DNA from: a virus
DNA: 46,671 bases
UHGV virus genome: UHGV-0040636
Strand: one strand, 5' to 3'
Made by a program: the position numbers and the translations under genes. The notes under the pieces are model-generated. The model did no database searches, was not told the origin of the DNA, and saw only the letters and a list, made by a program, of their open reading frames with translations. This document shows positions 19,479-28,272 of the stretch, piece by piece (the stretch's first letter is position 1; every line of letters begins with the position of its first letter).

Positions 19479-19776
19479 CGTGGGGTAAATTTTTGCCCGT
19501 GGGGCAGGTCGTGGGGAAGGGGGCATTCCCCACGGCAAATCCTTGTGCCATGCGGGTTTTAACATGTTTGGGTAAGTGGGGCAGATTTCATACCCATCCC
19601 CTTATAAATATATTCAAATAATCCGTTTGTTAATATTATGTTAATTACTATCTATAATATGAATAATAATATTACCCATTAACCCAAATAATAATAATTA
19701 TATTATATTACATATACTTAGAGTGAAACTTCGTGGGGAAGGTTGGTTGCCCCACGGCTGCCCCACGTTACCCACG
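19479..19776. repeat. putative replication origin: CGTGGGG iterons in direct and inverted orientation flanking a ~120 bp >85% AT core
   Basis: Direct CGTGGGG at 19479, 19498, 19510. Inverted CCCCACG at 19528. AT-rich core 19600..19720. Direct at 19732. Inverted at 19750, 19761 and (CCCACG) 19771. Immediately upstream of the replication genes. Confidence 0.55.
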
Positions 19777-19852
19777 AGAGTCGTATTTGATGTTGCATGA
19801 TTCAATAGTTATGATATGATTCAATAATAATTTGTTGCTGTTGGAGGATTTT

Positions 19853-20071
19853 GTGAAACTTGATAAGTACGGCAAAAAGAATGCGGCTCTTTCTGGGTTA
19901 TCTGTTGTTTCAGTAGGGGAGACTGTGATGATTAACTCGAAGATGTTTGGAGGTATTGCAAGCCTGAGGAACGCATTAAACTATTTCATGCGCAGGAATG
20001 AAGGCATGAAATTCTCAACAAAGGTTGGATTCCCTGACAAAGATATGGTTTACGTAAAAAGGATTTCATGA
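19853..20071 (+). CDS. hypothetical small protein (72 aa) upstream of replication protein
   Basis: GTG start with GGAGG RBS 6 nt upstream. ATGA coupling into the 518-aa gene. Confidence 0.4.
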   Translation: MKLDKYGKKNAALSGLSVVSVGETVMINSKMFGGIASLRNALNYFMRRNEGMKFSTKVGFPDKDMVYVKRIS

Positions 20072-21624
20072 TGATCACAGCGCAAGACATCTTCAATGAA
20101 GCAAGGGAGTTAAAAGTATCTCCGGCTCGCGTTGCCTTCCATCATGGCATGACACCAAGTTCTAACATGTGGCTTGATATCAAGGAAGGTAAGGAGCGTG
20201 ATGTAACTTACTCAGAAACAGAACTCACCAGTGAGCACCGGACTGATTTACTGTCTCGTTATGCAATCGCTGCAGCTCGCGCCGTTCAGTTCCCAATAAA
20301 TACATCATTCATGCATTTACTTGGTTGCGTTGCCAGCGCAATGACGAGAAACTTTAGCGTTGAGTATTACCATTCAGAGCTTCCAGTTTCTCTTTACGTG
20401 GTTACTTCTCAGCCCCCATCAGCAGGGAAAACCGCTATCAACTCAATGCACATGAATCCTGTGAAGATTGAATATGACAACCTTTCCAAAAAGATGGAAA
20501 AGCAGATCATAAAAATAAATCTTCGCATTGAAGAATTGATGAAGGCATACAAAGAGGCCAGCAATCAAAATGCAAAGGCACTAATCGGAGATGATATTGC
20601 TCGCGAAAAGGAGAAGCTGGAGGAGCTTTATACGATCACATATCCACTGACGGACGCAACGCCGGAGGCTGTTCAGCATCAAGCCATTCATGAAGGTGGT
20701 TTTTTTAATCTGATAAGTGACGAGGCAAGCGTTCTTAACACATGCCTTGGCCTTTCTTACGGAAAAGAAGGTGGAAAGGCAAACGCCGAAGTCATCCTTA
20801 AGGGATGGGATGGCGGATTCATTGGTTCTGCTCGTGTTGGTCGTGGCGTTTCATCTGGTTACGTGCTTGGAAACATAAGTGTGATTGCGCAGGATGAAAG
20901 TATTGATGCCATTCTTGCCGCTGGCGACAGGGGGAACGGTCTTTCTGAACGTTTCCTGATGTTGCGCGAGCAATCAATGCTTGGCTATCGCGAACACTGG
21001 GACATGGTTAATGACTGCCCTGTAAGCAAGCCAATGCCAGACAGCTTGAGGTCGGAATATGCAAGATTTATACATAATGTTGTGTCAGCAGAAAAAACAA
21101 GACTTACGCTTCACAACGATTCAGCAAGAATGATTGGCCTGTTACGAAATCAGTGGGAGAAAAACTTCCTTCCAGGCGGTAAGTGGGATCACGTCCTTCT
21201 TCGTGGTGCGATGGGTAAAGCTGATAAGCAAATAATCCGTCTGGCAGCAATATTTCACGCTGCTGAAAATTGGTGCGATGGAGGGAAGCGTTCAAAGATT
21301 ATCGGTGAAAATGAAATTAGTCGCGCCATCAGTGTTTATGACGCACTGACAAAAACTTTCACTGATGCTGTTGAATCAAATGGATATGCTGGTGAACGAT
21401 CGGAGTTTGATGTTGTTGCCGAAAAGCTACGCTCTGCCGCTCAGAAAGGAAAAACAAACGTAACGGTGAAGTGGCTTTATGATTCACTTAAAAATGTCAG
21501 GCCATTCAAAGGAATACCTAAAATTTACGACCGCCTTAGGTCAAGTGTTTTGCCATCTCTGGAAGAGGATGGTTACTGCGTATTTATCGGAAATACTGTT
21601 CACATAAATCCGAGGTTGAAATGA
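20068..21624 (+). CDS. putative replication initiation/P-loop protein (DUF3987-like?)
   Basis: 518 aa, first large gene after the iteron region. P-loop-like SQPPSAGKTAI. Family call is tentative and from memory. Confidence 0.45.
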   Translation: MMITAQDIFNEARELKVSPARVAFHHGMTPSSNMWLDIKEGKERDVTYSETELTSEHRTDLLSRYAIAAARAVQFPINTSFMHLLGCVASAMTRNFSVEYYHSELPVSLYVVTSQPPSAGKTAINSMHMNPVKIEYDNLSKKMEKQIIKINLRIEELMKAYKEASNQNAKALIGDDIAREKEKLEELYTITYPLTDATPEAVQHQAIHEGGFFNLISDEASVLNTCLGLSYGKEGGKANAEVILKGWDGGFIGSARVGRGVSSGYVLGNISVIAQDESIDAILAAGDRGNGLSERFLMLREQSMLGYREHWDMVNDCPVSKPMPDSLRSEYARFIHNVVSAEKTRLTLHNDSARMIGLLRNQWEKNFLPGGKWDHVLLRGAMGKADKQIIRLAAIFHAAENWCDGGKRSKIIGENEISRAISVYDALTKTFTDAVESNGYAGERSEFDVVAEKLRSAAQKGKTNVTVKWLYDSLKNVRPFKGIPKIYDRLRSSVLPSLEEDGYCVFIGNTVHINPRLK

Positions 21625-21812
21625 GAACAATATCAGGCGAACTTTGCCGCTCAGAAGGTTCATGGCATTTCAGGCCGCATGGTTATTCGACGTGGTTTTT
21701 CTGGAGTGGGATTAACAAAGTATGGATTCGATCTAATTACCACGTGCTTGATGATTACTGGCATAGATTTTGTGTTGGTTATGTTGACATTTCAAAATTG
21801 ATGATTAAGTGA
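21621..21812 (+). CDS. hypothetical Trp-rich protein (63 aa)
   Basis: ATGA coupling to the replication gene. Confidence 0.35.
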   Translation: MRTISGELCRSEGSWHFRPHGYSTWFFWSGINKVWIRSNYHVLDDYWHRFCVGYVDISKLMIK

Positions 21813-21822
21813 GGACAAGAGA

Positions 21823-22074
21823 ATGGATGTGAAGGATAAAGTTTTATACGTGATGAGAAAGAGAAAATCTATTGAGGAGGAACTTGGGATTTGTCGCAAG
21901 TTCTCCGTTGCTACTTGGAGTTTACGCCTATCAATGGTGAATGAATTTCCTGATGATGAATGGACTGCTGCAAAGTTACGGAAGGTTCTGATTTCTCTTT
22001 GTAAGGATGGCCTTGTATCAAAGGATTTAAATAATAGTCGCATTGGCAATTCAGTTTGGATATTAGAGGATTGA
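21823..22074 (+). CDS. hypothetical protein (83 aa), possible winged-helix
   Basis: GAGAATGG context. Basic N-terminus KRKSIEEELGICRKFSV. Confidence 0.4.
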   Translation: MDVKDKVLYVMRKRKSIEEELGICRKFSVATWSLRLSMVNEFPDDEWTAAKLRKVLISLCKDGLVSKDLNNSRIGNSVWILED

Positions 22075-22075
22075 A

Positions 22076-22492
22076 ATGAGCAAAACACATGAACTTAAAA
22101 TTTTACCTGAGCACTTCTGGCCTGTAGTCACCGGACACAAGAAGGCGGAACTAAGAAAGAATGACCGTGATTTTAGGGTTGGAGACACGATTATTCTTTA
22201 CGAGTGGAATGGAGACTACACAGGAGAGAGAACGGAGCGAACAATAGTTCACATTGCTGATGTAGGCGTTTATCTTCCCGGTTATGTCCTTCTTTCCCTT
22301 AATGAGATTGCTAACTGGAAAGATGCGCGTCTTTTCGACCCTAAAGATGGACAGGAGGTTGTTATTATTGACTCTGATCGCGTCAAGGTTACTGCCAAGT
22401 ATGATGACTCAGGAATATACTGGTGCAATCACACGGGTAAGTCTCTGCGAAATGTAACCTTCTGGACTGAAGCACCAGAGTTCAAGGAATAA
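22076..22492 (+). CDS. DUF3850 (ASCH/PUA-like) domain protein
   Basis: HELKILPEHFWPVVTGHKKAELRKNDRDFRVGD matches the HELKxxPEYF...GxKTFEIRKNDRDFxVGD signature recalled for DUF3850. Confidence 0.6.
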   Translation: MSKTHELKILPEHFWPVVTGHKKAELRKNDRDFRVGDTIILYEWNGDYTGERTERTIVHIADVGVYLPGYVLLSLNEIANWKDARLFDPKDGQEVVIIDSDRVKVTAKYDDSGIYWCNHTGKSLRNVTFWTEAPEFKE

Positions 22493-22526
22493 CAAAAAAC
22501 CCTCCAGTCGGAGGGTTTCTTTTATA
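22492..22526. terminator. bidirectional rho-independent terminator
   Basis: AAAAAACCCTCC-AGTC-GGAGGGTTTCTTTTAT between the convergent DUF3850 and primase genes. Confidence 0.7.
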
Positions 22527-23475
22527 TTCTTACTGACATTTTCTCTATCAACTCACCAGCGTCATAAATTTTTCTCCTGATTCGGTTCGCCATCCTGATT
22601 GTGTCTGAATCATCAGGAAGCATCACCGGAAGCCCTGCATTTTCCGCAGCACAAAGTTCGTCAAATTTATAATTAACTATGCAGCGTAACCGTGCTTTCG
22701 TCTCATCGCTAACAGAACGCATCACTTCCCACATGTTTTCCGGCGACCAGCAGCACCAGACATGCGCACCGGTGAAGTAATGACATCTCCAAGCATCGGC
22801 ATAATCAGATACCAGATAAATGAACTTTCCGTTATCTTCTCCGATTGGGCTTATCGCGCCGCGCGTGAGTTTGCCGTTTATGGCTGAGTCTTTGTTGTAT
22901 CCTGCTTTGTAGAATGTTCTGAATGCATCACCATCCACAACAATGAATGCCACGTTGCACAGCCTCATTGTGTCAGCACGCATCATCTCAACCGCAATAA
23001 GCTCTCCAGATTTGCCTATGACGACGTTAACATCGCAACCAATACCATTTATCAAAGTCCACTCATTCATCGCGACACGCGTCGTTTTAGCCATGATTGC
23101 GGCGACTTCCTGCTCGGTGATGAAGTCATCATTGTAATTTATCTTCGGTAACTCCTTCCTGATTGCCTCCAGCTTTTCGCGTGGGTGCATATTCAGGAAT
23201 CCTCCCAGTGCCTCCAGTGCTTCAGGGAAATTCATGCCTGAAAGTTTCATCAGCCAGTTCATGCCGCTGCCGGAACCGCACTGATTGCATATTGCGCCGC
23301 CATCGCCTTTTGTTTCGAAGTTATCATCAAAACGATACCTGTCTTTGCCAAGGCATGACGGGCATGGCTGGTGCTTGCCATTGAAAACTCTGCTATCCAC
23401 ATTGACGATAGACATGATGGCAGCCTGCCAGTTATTTCTCATTAGACGCTCTATTTCCTTCCAGTCGTATCTCAT
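22522..23475 (-). CDS. DNA primase (zinc-ribbon + TOPRIM)
   Basis: Start refined to ATG 23475 (AAGGG RBS). CPSCLGKDRYRFDD...CNQCGSGSGM resembles the T7 gp4 / P4 alpha primase zinc ribbon (CPxCGGxDRFRF). TOPRIM acidic motifs E...VVDGDAF...DYAD follow. Confidence 0.65.
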   Translation of the reverse strand: MRYDWKEIERLMRNNWQAAIMSIVNVDSRVFNGKHQPCPSCLGKDRYRFDDNFETKGDGGAICNQCGSGSGMNWLMKLSGMNFPEALEALGGFLNMHPREKLEAIRKELPKINYNDDFITEQEVAAIMAKTTRVAMNEWTLINGIGCDVNVVIGKSGELIAVEMMRADTMRLCNVAFIVVDGDAFRTFYKAGYNKDSAINGKLTRGAISPIGEDNGKFIYLVSDYADAWRCHYFTGAHVWCCWSPENMWEVMRSVSDETKARLRCIVNYKFDELCAAENAGLPVMLPDDSDTIRMANRIRRKIYDAGELIEKMSVRI

Positions 23476-23492
23476 AAATTGACCCTTGATTG

Positions 23493-23530
23493 TTGGTGTA
23501 GATTGAGTATAAGCTAACTGACGTAGAAAC
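23493..23530 (+). promoter_or_regulatory. rightward promoter elements for helicase (TTGGTGTAGATTG and CTGACGTAGAAAC); reverse strand carries a sigma70-like primase promoter
   Basis: Elements at 23493..23505 and 23518..23530 (plus). On the minus strand TTGATG-N18-TATACT overlaps the complement of the second element. Confidence 0.5.
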
Positions 23531-23550
23531 ATCAACAAAGGTTAGTTGCT

Positions 23551-25479
23551 ATGACACATAAAATAGACAAGATGATTTCAGAGATTGATATTAATCTGCT
23601 GAAATCTTATCTGGATACTGGTGATATCGAGCCAAGACCATATCAGTGGTTGATATACAAGTTAACTGGTGATGTTATTCGTCATTATGTTGGCCCTAGC
23701 TATGTAACAGCAAGCGTCGGTAGTGGAAAGTCACTGATGATTGCCATGATAGCAAAGCGTTTTCAGGAGATGGGCTATTCAGGGATGATTTTATCAAGAC
23801 AGGGCGAAATAGTGGAGCAAGATGCGGAAGAGCTTTGGTCACTTGGTGTTAGGAACTCGCTATTCAGTGCTTCGTTGGGTAGGAAAAGTTCTACGTATCC
23901 AATAATCTGTGGTTCTGAGGGGACTGTTATAAATGCTTTGTTTGATAAAAAGGATGAGTCGGGGAATGTTATTGCAAAAGGTGCGCTCTCTGACTTTTGC
24001 CCAAGATTCCTGCTTATCGATGAAAATCATATGGTTAATGACATTGATGTTGTTAATAATGGTGATACGCAGTATGCAGTGATAATTAATGAGCTAATGA
24101 AAAGGTGCAAAGATAAGCACGGCCATGAGTTGAGAATAATAGGTTATACAGGATCACCGTTTCGCGGAACTACATCAATAAAAGGCGCTTTCTGGAAGAA
24201 AGAGATTATCAACATAGACACCAAGTACATGGTTGAAAACGGTTTTCTTGTGCCAACAATTTTTGGTCTTCATGATGTTGATAGTCTGCATTATGATCTT
24301 TCAGATTTTCATGGTTCAGATGTTGATGGTACTCAGGACTTTACCGCCGAGCAGCTCAAGCAGATGCAGAAAGAAATTCTTGAGCAAGGTACGTTGACGC
24401 AGAAAATCATGCTCAAGGTTATGGAGTTGACTAAAAACAGGAACGGAGTGCTAATTACATGTGCTGGTAAAAAGCATTGTCAGGAGGCAGCAAAATATTT
24501 GCCTGAAGGAAGTTATTCAATAGTTACAGAAGATATGGGGTCAAAAGCAAGAAGGAAGGCTCTAAAAGATGCATACACCGGGCGCAAAAAATTCACATTC
24601 CAGATAGCCGCCCTTACCACTGGCGTAAATATACCGTTATGGGATACGAGCTGCATATTACGAAAAATAATGTCACTCACCCTTCTTGTGCAGTTGCTTG
24701 GTCGCGGGATGCGCTTGCTGAAGAAAGAACAAATTGATGCCGGGTATCATAAAGAAGACCATCTTGTTCTTGATTTCTCAGGCACGATGTTTGAGCTTGG
24801 TCAGCTGTATGAAGACCCAATACTGGAAGAGGCTGAAGCACAACGTTCAAAACGCAGTGGCGAACAAGTTCCGTGTCCTAAGTGCGGAACAATGAACAGC
24901 CCATATGCGCGTCGCTGCATTGGCAAAGATGCATTGTCGCCAGATGGTAGATGCGAGGAGTTTTTCAGCTACATCCGTTGCGGTTTTGACAAGCACGGAA
25001 TCCGTATTTTTGATGATGGCTGCGGAACTAAAAACGACCCTACTGCTCGCTATTGCCGACATTGCGATCATGTTTTGCGCGACCCGAATGCGGCACTGAA
25101 TGAGCGTGCGTATACGGATAATGAATGGACTGAAGTTAAAGACTTCAAGATTGAATTAACGAAAGATGAAAAAGGTGTTGTTTATCGTTATTTCATTATG
25201 AAGGAAAACGGGAAGGAAGGATGGGCTAATGAGGTCTTTTATCCTTTTGGCCGGCAGGAGAAGTATCTTAAAAATCAGTTTAAGATTAAAGGGTTGCTAA
25301 ACCATGTATCTGACAGGAAGTTGATTGATAACCTTATGAATTGCCACAGCGCAAAAGCATTCATGGCGTTTACTGGCCTTATCCGTGCCCCAAAGCGAAT
25401 CACGCACCGGTTTAACGATAAAGGTCGTGACATAATCCACAGAAAAGATTTTACAGGAGAACAAAGTGAAGCAGCTTGA
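23551..25479 (+). CDS. SF2 DEAD/DEAH-box helicase with C-terminal zinc ribbons
   Basis: Walker A SVGSGKS, motif II LLIDENH. C-terminal CPKCG...RRCIG...RCEEF...CGFD...GCGTKND...YCRHCDH forms several Cys4 ribbons. Confidence 0.75.
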   Translation: MTHKIDKMISEIDINLLKSYLDTGDIEPRPYQWLIYKLTGDVIRHYVGPSYVTASVGSGKSLMIAMIAKRFQEMGYSGMILSRQGEIVEQDAEELWSLGVRNSLFSASLGRKSSTYPIICGSEGTVINALFDKKDESGNVIAKGALSDFCPRFLLIDENHMVNDIDVVNNGDTQYAVIINELMKRCKDKHGHELRIIGYTGSPFRGTTSIKGAFWKKEIINIDTKYMVENGFLVPTIFGLHDVDSLHYDLSDFHGSDVDGTQDFTAEQLKQMQKEILEQGTLTQKIMLKVMELTKNRNGVLITCAGKKHCQEAAKYLPEGSYSIVTEDMGSKARRKALKDAYTGRKKFTFQIAALTTGVNIPLWDTSCILRKIMSLTLLVQLLGRGMRLLKKEQIDAGYHKEDHLVLDFSGTMFELGQLYEDPILEEAEAQRSKRSGEQVPCPKCGTMNSPYARRCIGKDALSPDGRCEEFFSYIRCGFDKHGIRIFDDGCGTKNDPTARYCRHCDHVLRDPNAALNERAYTDNEWTEVKDFKIELTKDEKGVVYRYFIMKENGKEGWANEVFYPFGRQEKYLKNQFKIKGLLNHVSDRKLIDNLMNCHSAKAFMAFTGLIRAPKRITHRFNDKGRDIIHRKDFTGEQSEAA

Positions 25480-25891
25480 TAGCGGTATATGGGTATTTGA
25501 TAGCGGTTATCGCGGAGAATGTCCGAAAGAGGAGACTGAACAGATTGGTTACGGCACATGGATGCAAAGCCAATTCCCTGACGTGCTCTGGTTTCATGTA
25601 CCTAACGAAACTGGCACATCAAGCATGGTGCAGTTTGTACTGAAGCGCCAGAAGATGGGGGTTAAGACTGGAATAGGCGACAATGTGATAATGACGCCGG
25701 GAGTGAAGCACAGTTGCGGAATGATTGAGGCAAAGCGCCGAGATAAAAGCAAAAGCAGGGTTAGCAAGGAGCAATCTACTGTGTTAACTGAGATGTGCAG
25801 GCTTGGTCATTATGCCGCCATCGCTTACGGTCTTGATGAACTAAAAAAAGCCACGCTTTTCTATTTTGGCTTGCCTTTTGATGTGGATTGA
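25466..25891 (+). CDS. VRR-NUC domain nuclease
   Basis: GTG start with AGGAG RBS. GIGDNVIMTPGVKHSCGMIEAKRRDKSKSRVSKEQ matches the PD..E.K...Q core of VRR-NUC. Lies next to a helicase, a common pairing in phages. Confidence 0.55.
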   Translation: MKQLDSGIWVFDSGYRGECPKEETEQIGYGTWMQSQFPDVLWFHVPNETGTSSMVQFVLKRQKMGVKTGIGDNVIMTPGVKHSCGMIEAKRRDKSKSRVSKEQSTVLTEMCRLGHYAAIAYGLDELKKATLFYFGLPFDVD

Positions 25892-25900
25892 TGTAGATTC
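25878..25900 (+). promoter_or_regulatory. two overlapping copies of the recurrent element (TTGATGTGGATTG / TTGATGTAGATTC)
   Basis: Overlaps the VRR-NUC stop and precedes the recombination operon. TTGCCT-N17-TAGATT. Confidence 0.45.
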
Positions 25901-25923
25901 AACTAACAATAACGAGAGAGGTG

Positions 25924-26118
25924 ATGAAGATGAAATTATTCTGTGCAAGTTCAACGAGTGGCAGATTTACAGAGGGTGAACTGTATGATGCAGAGTTTAA
26001 CGGAATGCAGTTTCACATTAATGATAATGCAGGAAATGTTTGTAGTGGGGTGTACGAAGATGAATCTGGTTTTATTGTGGTAAGCATGGTTGGTGGTGAT
26101 TTTGTGGAGTTTGAGTGA
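25924..26118 (+). CDS. hypothetical protein (64 aa)
   Basis: GAGG RBS. ATGA coupling to the exonuclease gene. Confidence 0.4.
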   Translation: MKMKLFCASSTSGRFTEGELYDAEFNGMQFHINDNAGNVCSGVYEDESGFIVVSMVGGDFVEFE

Positions 26119-27056
26119 TGAAAGTATATTTCAACAACGAACTCACAAATGAGCAGTATCACGCTGACACAGAGCATATCAACGGCTCTGGCCTGTGGAA
26201 CATATATGACAGATGCCCAGCAGCATGGCGCTACAAAGACGAAGAAGATGATCAGTCAAAAGCACTTATCTTCGGAACTGGAAGCCATACAGCTCTACTT
26301 GAACCAGAGCGCTTCGAGGCGGAATATGCACGTATGCCAACCAAAGAAGATTTTGGTGATGACCTGCTTGTTACTGTCAGTGACATGAACTCATGGGCGA
26401 AAGAGCGCGGCATTAAAGGACTATCAGGGAAGTCGAAATCTGAGGTGATCAAAATCATTCGTGCAACTGGTGAACCAGTGAAGATTTACGATGAAGAGCG
26501 TCTTATTGCAGAAATTAATGCAAAAGGCAGAACACTGCTCGAAGGTGGTGATTATGACGCCATTCAGCAAATGCGTGCTGTAATCCACGCAAACAGCTAT
26601 TACAGCAGCCTTCTTTCTGGTGCTTATACGGAAGTGTCAATATTGGGTGAGATTTACGGAGAGAAGGCAAAAGTTCGCTTTGACTGCCTTACCAGAGGTG
26701 GTGACATCATTGACTATAAGACAGCAGTAAGCGCCAAGCCTGAAGAGTTTTTCCGCCATGCCGCGAGACTTGGATACTTTATGAAAATGGCGATGCAGCA
26801 TGACATGTTTGTTGCGGCATATGGTCATGCGCCACGCTCTGTGAATCTTCTCGTGCAGGAAAAGAAAGCGCCGTATATAGCTGTTCTGGTCAGACTAACA
26901 GAAGAACAATTGCATATTGGTAGGATTCAGTTAAATGGCGCAATGGCTATATATAAGGCATGCAAGGAAAATAATTCATGGAGCGATTATTCCATGGGTA
27001 CTCACGTTATTGAAATGCAAACCCCTGAGTGGTTTAAAAAGCAGTTTAATTTATAA
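26115..27056 (+). CDS. PD-(D/E)XK exonuclease (RecB/Cas4-like, recombination partner of ERF)
   Basis: RFDCLTRGGDIIDYKTAVS carries the GxxD...DYKT nuclease motif. Lies immediately upstream of the ERF and SSB genes. Confidence 0.65.
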   Translation: MMKVYFNNELTNEQYHADTEHINGSGLWNIYDRCPAAWRYKDEEDDQSKALIFGTGSHTALLEPERFEAEYARMPTKEDFGDDLLVTVSDMNSWAKERGIKGLSGKSKSEVIKIIRATGEPVKIYDEERLIAEINAKGRTLLEGGDYDAIQQMRAVIHANSYYSSLLSGAYTEVSILGEIYGEKAKVRFDCLTRGGDIIDYKTAVSAKPEEFFRHAARLGYFMKMAMQHDMFVAAYGHAPRSVNLLVQEKKAPYIAVLVRLTEEQLHIGRIQLNGAMAIYKACKENNSWSDYSMGTHVIEMQTPEWFKKQFNL

Positions 27057-27067
27057 TTAATGAGGTG

Positions 27068-27736
27068 ATGCAAATGATTTTCTCGGAACAGAAAGCAAAT
27101 CTGATTAAGGCTCTGGTTGAGGCTCGCAAGGTGATGAGTAGTGGTGCAAAGAAAAACGCCAAAAACCCACACCTGAAAAGCAATTACGCAAACCTTGAGT
27201 CATTCCTTGATGCAATACGTCCAGCGCTTGAGGCAAACGGACTTATAATCATCCAGAATGCCATTGATGGCGATTCAATGGATGTGCTTAAACTTGAAAC
27301 AACGATAATGCATGAGTCTGGCGAATACATGTCATCCGTGATGCCAATGCCAGTGGCTAAGAAGGATGCTCAGGGGTACGGTTCCGCAATGACATATGCA
27401 CGCAGATATTCAATCGCGGCAATGTTTGGCATTGCGCAAGCTGATGATGATGGCAATGCAGCTCGCAAATCGCCAAAGGATGCTGTCGCACTGATTCGCA
27501 ATGCATCCAGCATGGAAGAATTAGCTTCAATCTATGGCGAAGAATACAAGGCTTTCCGTGGTGATGATGCGGCAACTCGCGTTATTGTTGGTGCGTACCA
27601 AGAGATGAAAGCTAAATTCATGGTATCAGGCGAATCATTCAACCCTGCAAAACTGGCCAAGCAGCAACCACATCAGCCAGAACAGCAGGAAGAAACAAAA
27701 ACCGAACATAAACCAACTCCAATCGAAGGATTTTAA
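27068..27736 (+). CDS. erf: ERF-family single-strand annealing protein
   Basis: Start ATG 27068 or 27074 after GAGG. N-terminal LIKALVEARKVMSS..KKNAKNPHLKSNYANLESFLDAIRPALEANGL and the GYGSAMTYARRYSIAAMFGI core match ERF proteins as recalled. Gln-rich C-terminus. Confidence 0.75.
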   Translation: MQMIFSEQKANLIKALVEARKVMSSGAKKNAKNPHLKSNYANLESFLDAIRPALEANGLIIIQNAIDGDSMDVLKLETTIMHESGEYMSSVMPMPVAKKDAQGYGSAMTYARRYSIAAMFGIAQADDDGNAARKSPKDAVALIRNASSMEELASIYGEEYKAFRGDDAATRVIVGAYQEMKAKFMVSGESFNPAKLAKQQPHQPEQQEETKTEHKPTPIEGF

Positions 27737-27739
27737 TAA

Positions 27740-28231
27740 ATGGCACGCGGCGTAAATAAAGTAATTATCGTTGGCACTCTAGGTAACGACCCTGAAGTAA
27801 AATATTCAGCATCAGGCTCTGCAATTGCCAATCTTTCCGTTGCAACATCTGAGCAGTGGAAAGATAAGCAGACAGGAGAGAAGAAAGAACAGACCGAGTG
27901 GCATCGCGTGGTCATCTTCGGGAAACTTGCTGAGGTTGCAGGAGAATACCTTAGCAAAGGTTCTCAGGTTTATATCGAAGGCCAGCTACGCACTCGTAAG
28001 TGGACTGACAGCAACGGCGTAGACAGATACACCACGGAGATTGTCATTCCGCAGATTGGTGGCGTTATGCAGATGCTAGGTGGTAAGCGCGATGATTCTG
28101 GTCAGCAACCACGCCAGCAATCAGGACAACAATCGCAACAACCGCAACGACAACAGCAGCCACAAAAACAACAAAGCCAACAAGGAGGTAATGAGCCACC
28201 GATGGACTTCAATGACGACATTCCCTTCTGA
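27740..28231 (+). CDS. ssb: single-stranded DNA-binding protein
   Basis: [22 protein letters not shown]...[39 protein letters not shown] fold, Gln/Pro-rich linker, C-terminal DFNDDIPF tail. Confidence 0.9.
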   Translation: MARGVNKVIIVGTLGNDPEVKYSASGSAIANLSVATSEQWKDKQTGEKKEQTEWHRVVIFGKLAEVAGEYLSKGSQVYIEGQLRTRKWTDSNGVDRYTTEIVIPQIGGVMQMLGGKRDDSGQQPRQQSGQQSQQPQRQQQPQKQQSQQGGNEPPMDFNDDIPF

Positions 28232-28239
28232 TGATAAAA

Positions 28240-28270
28240 CTAGCCCCGCCAAAGCGGGGTTTTAGTTTAT
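28240..28270. terminator. bidirectional rho-independent terminator
   Basis: CCCCGC-CAAA-GCGGGG followed by TTTTAGTTTAT between the convergent ssb and tailspike genes. Confidence 0.7.
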
Positions 28271-28272
28271 AG

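Noticed and set aside
19479-19776. Possible CRISPR array or pac site from the CGTGGGG repeats
   Set aside because: The repeats are 7 nt with irregular spacing, in mixed orientation, and flank an AT-rich core. This is inconsistent with CRISPR repeat-spacer structure and more typical of origin iterons. It is far from the terminase genes.
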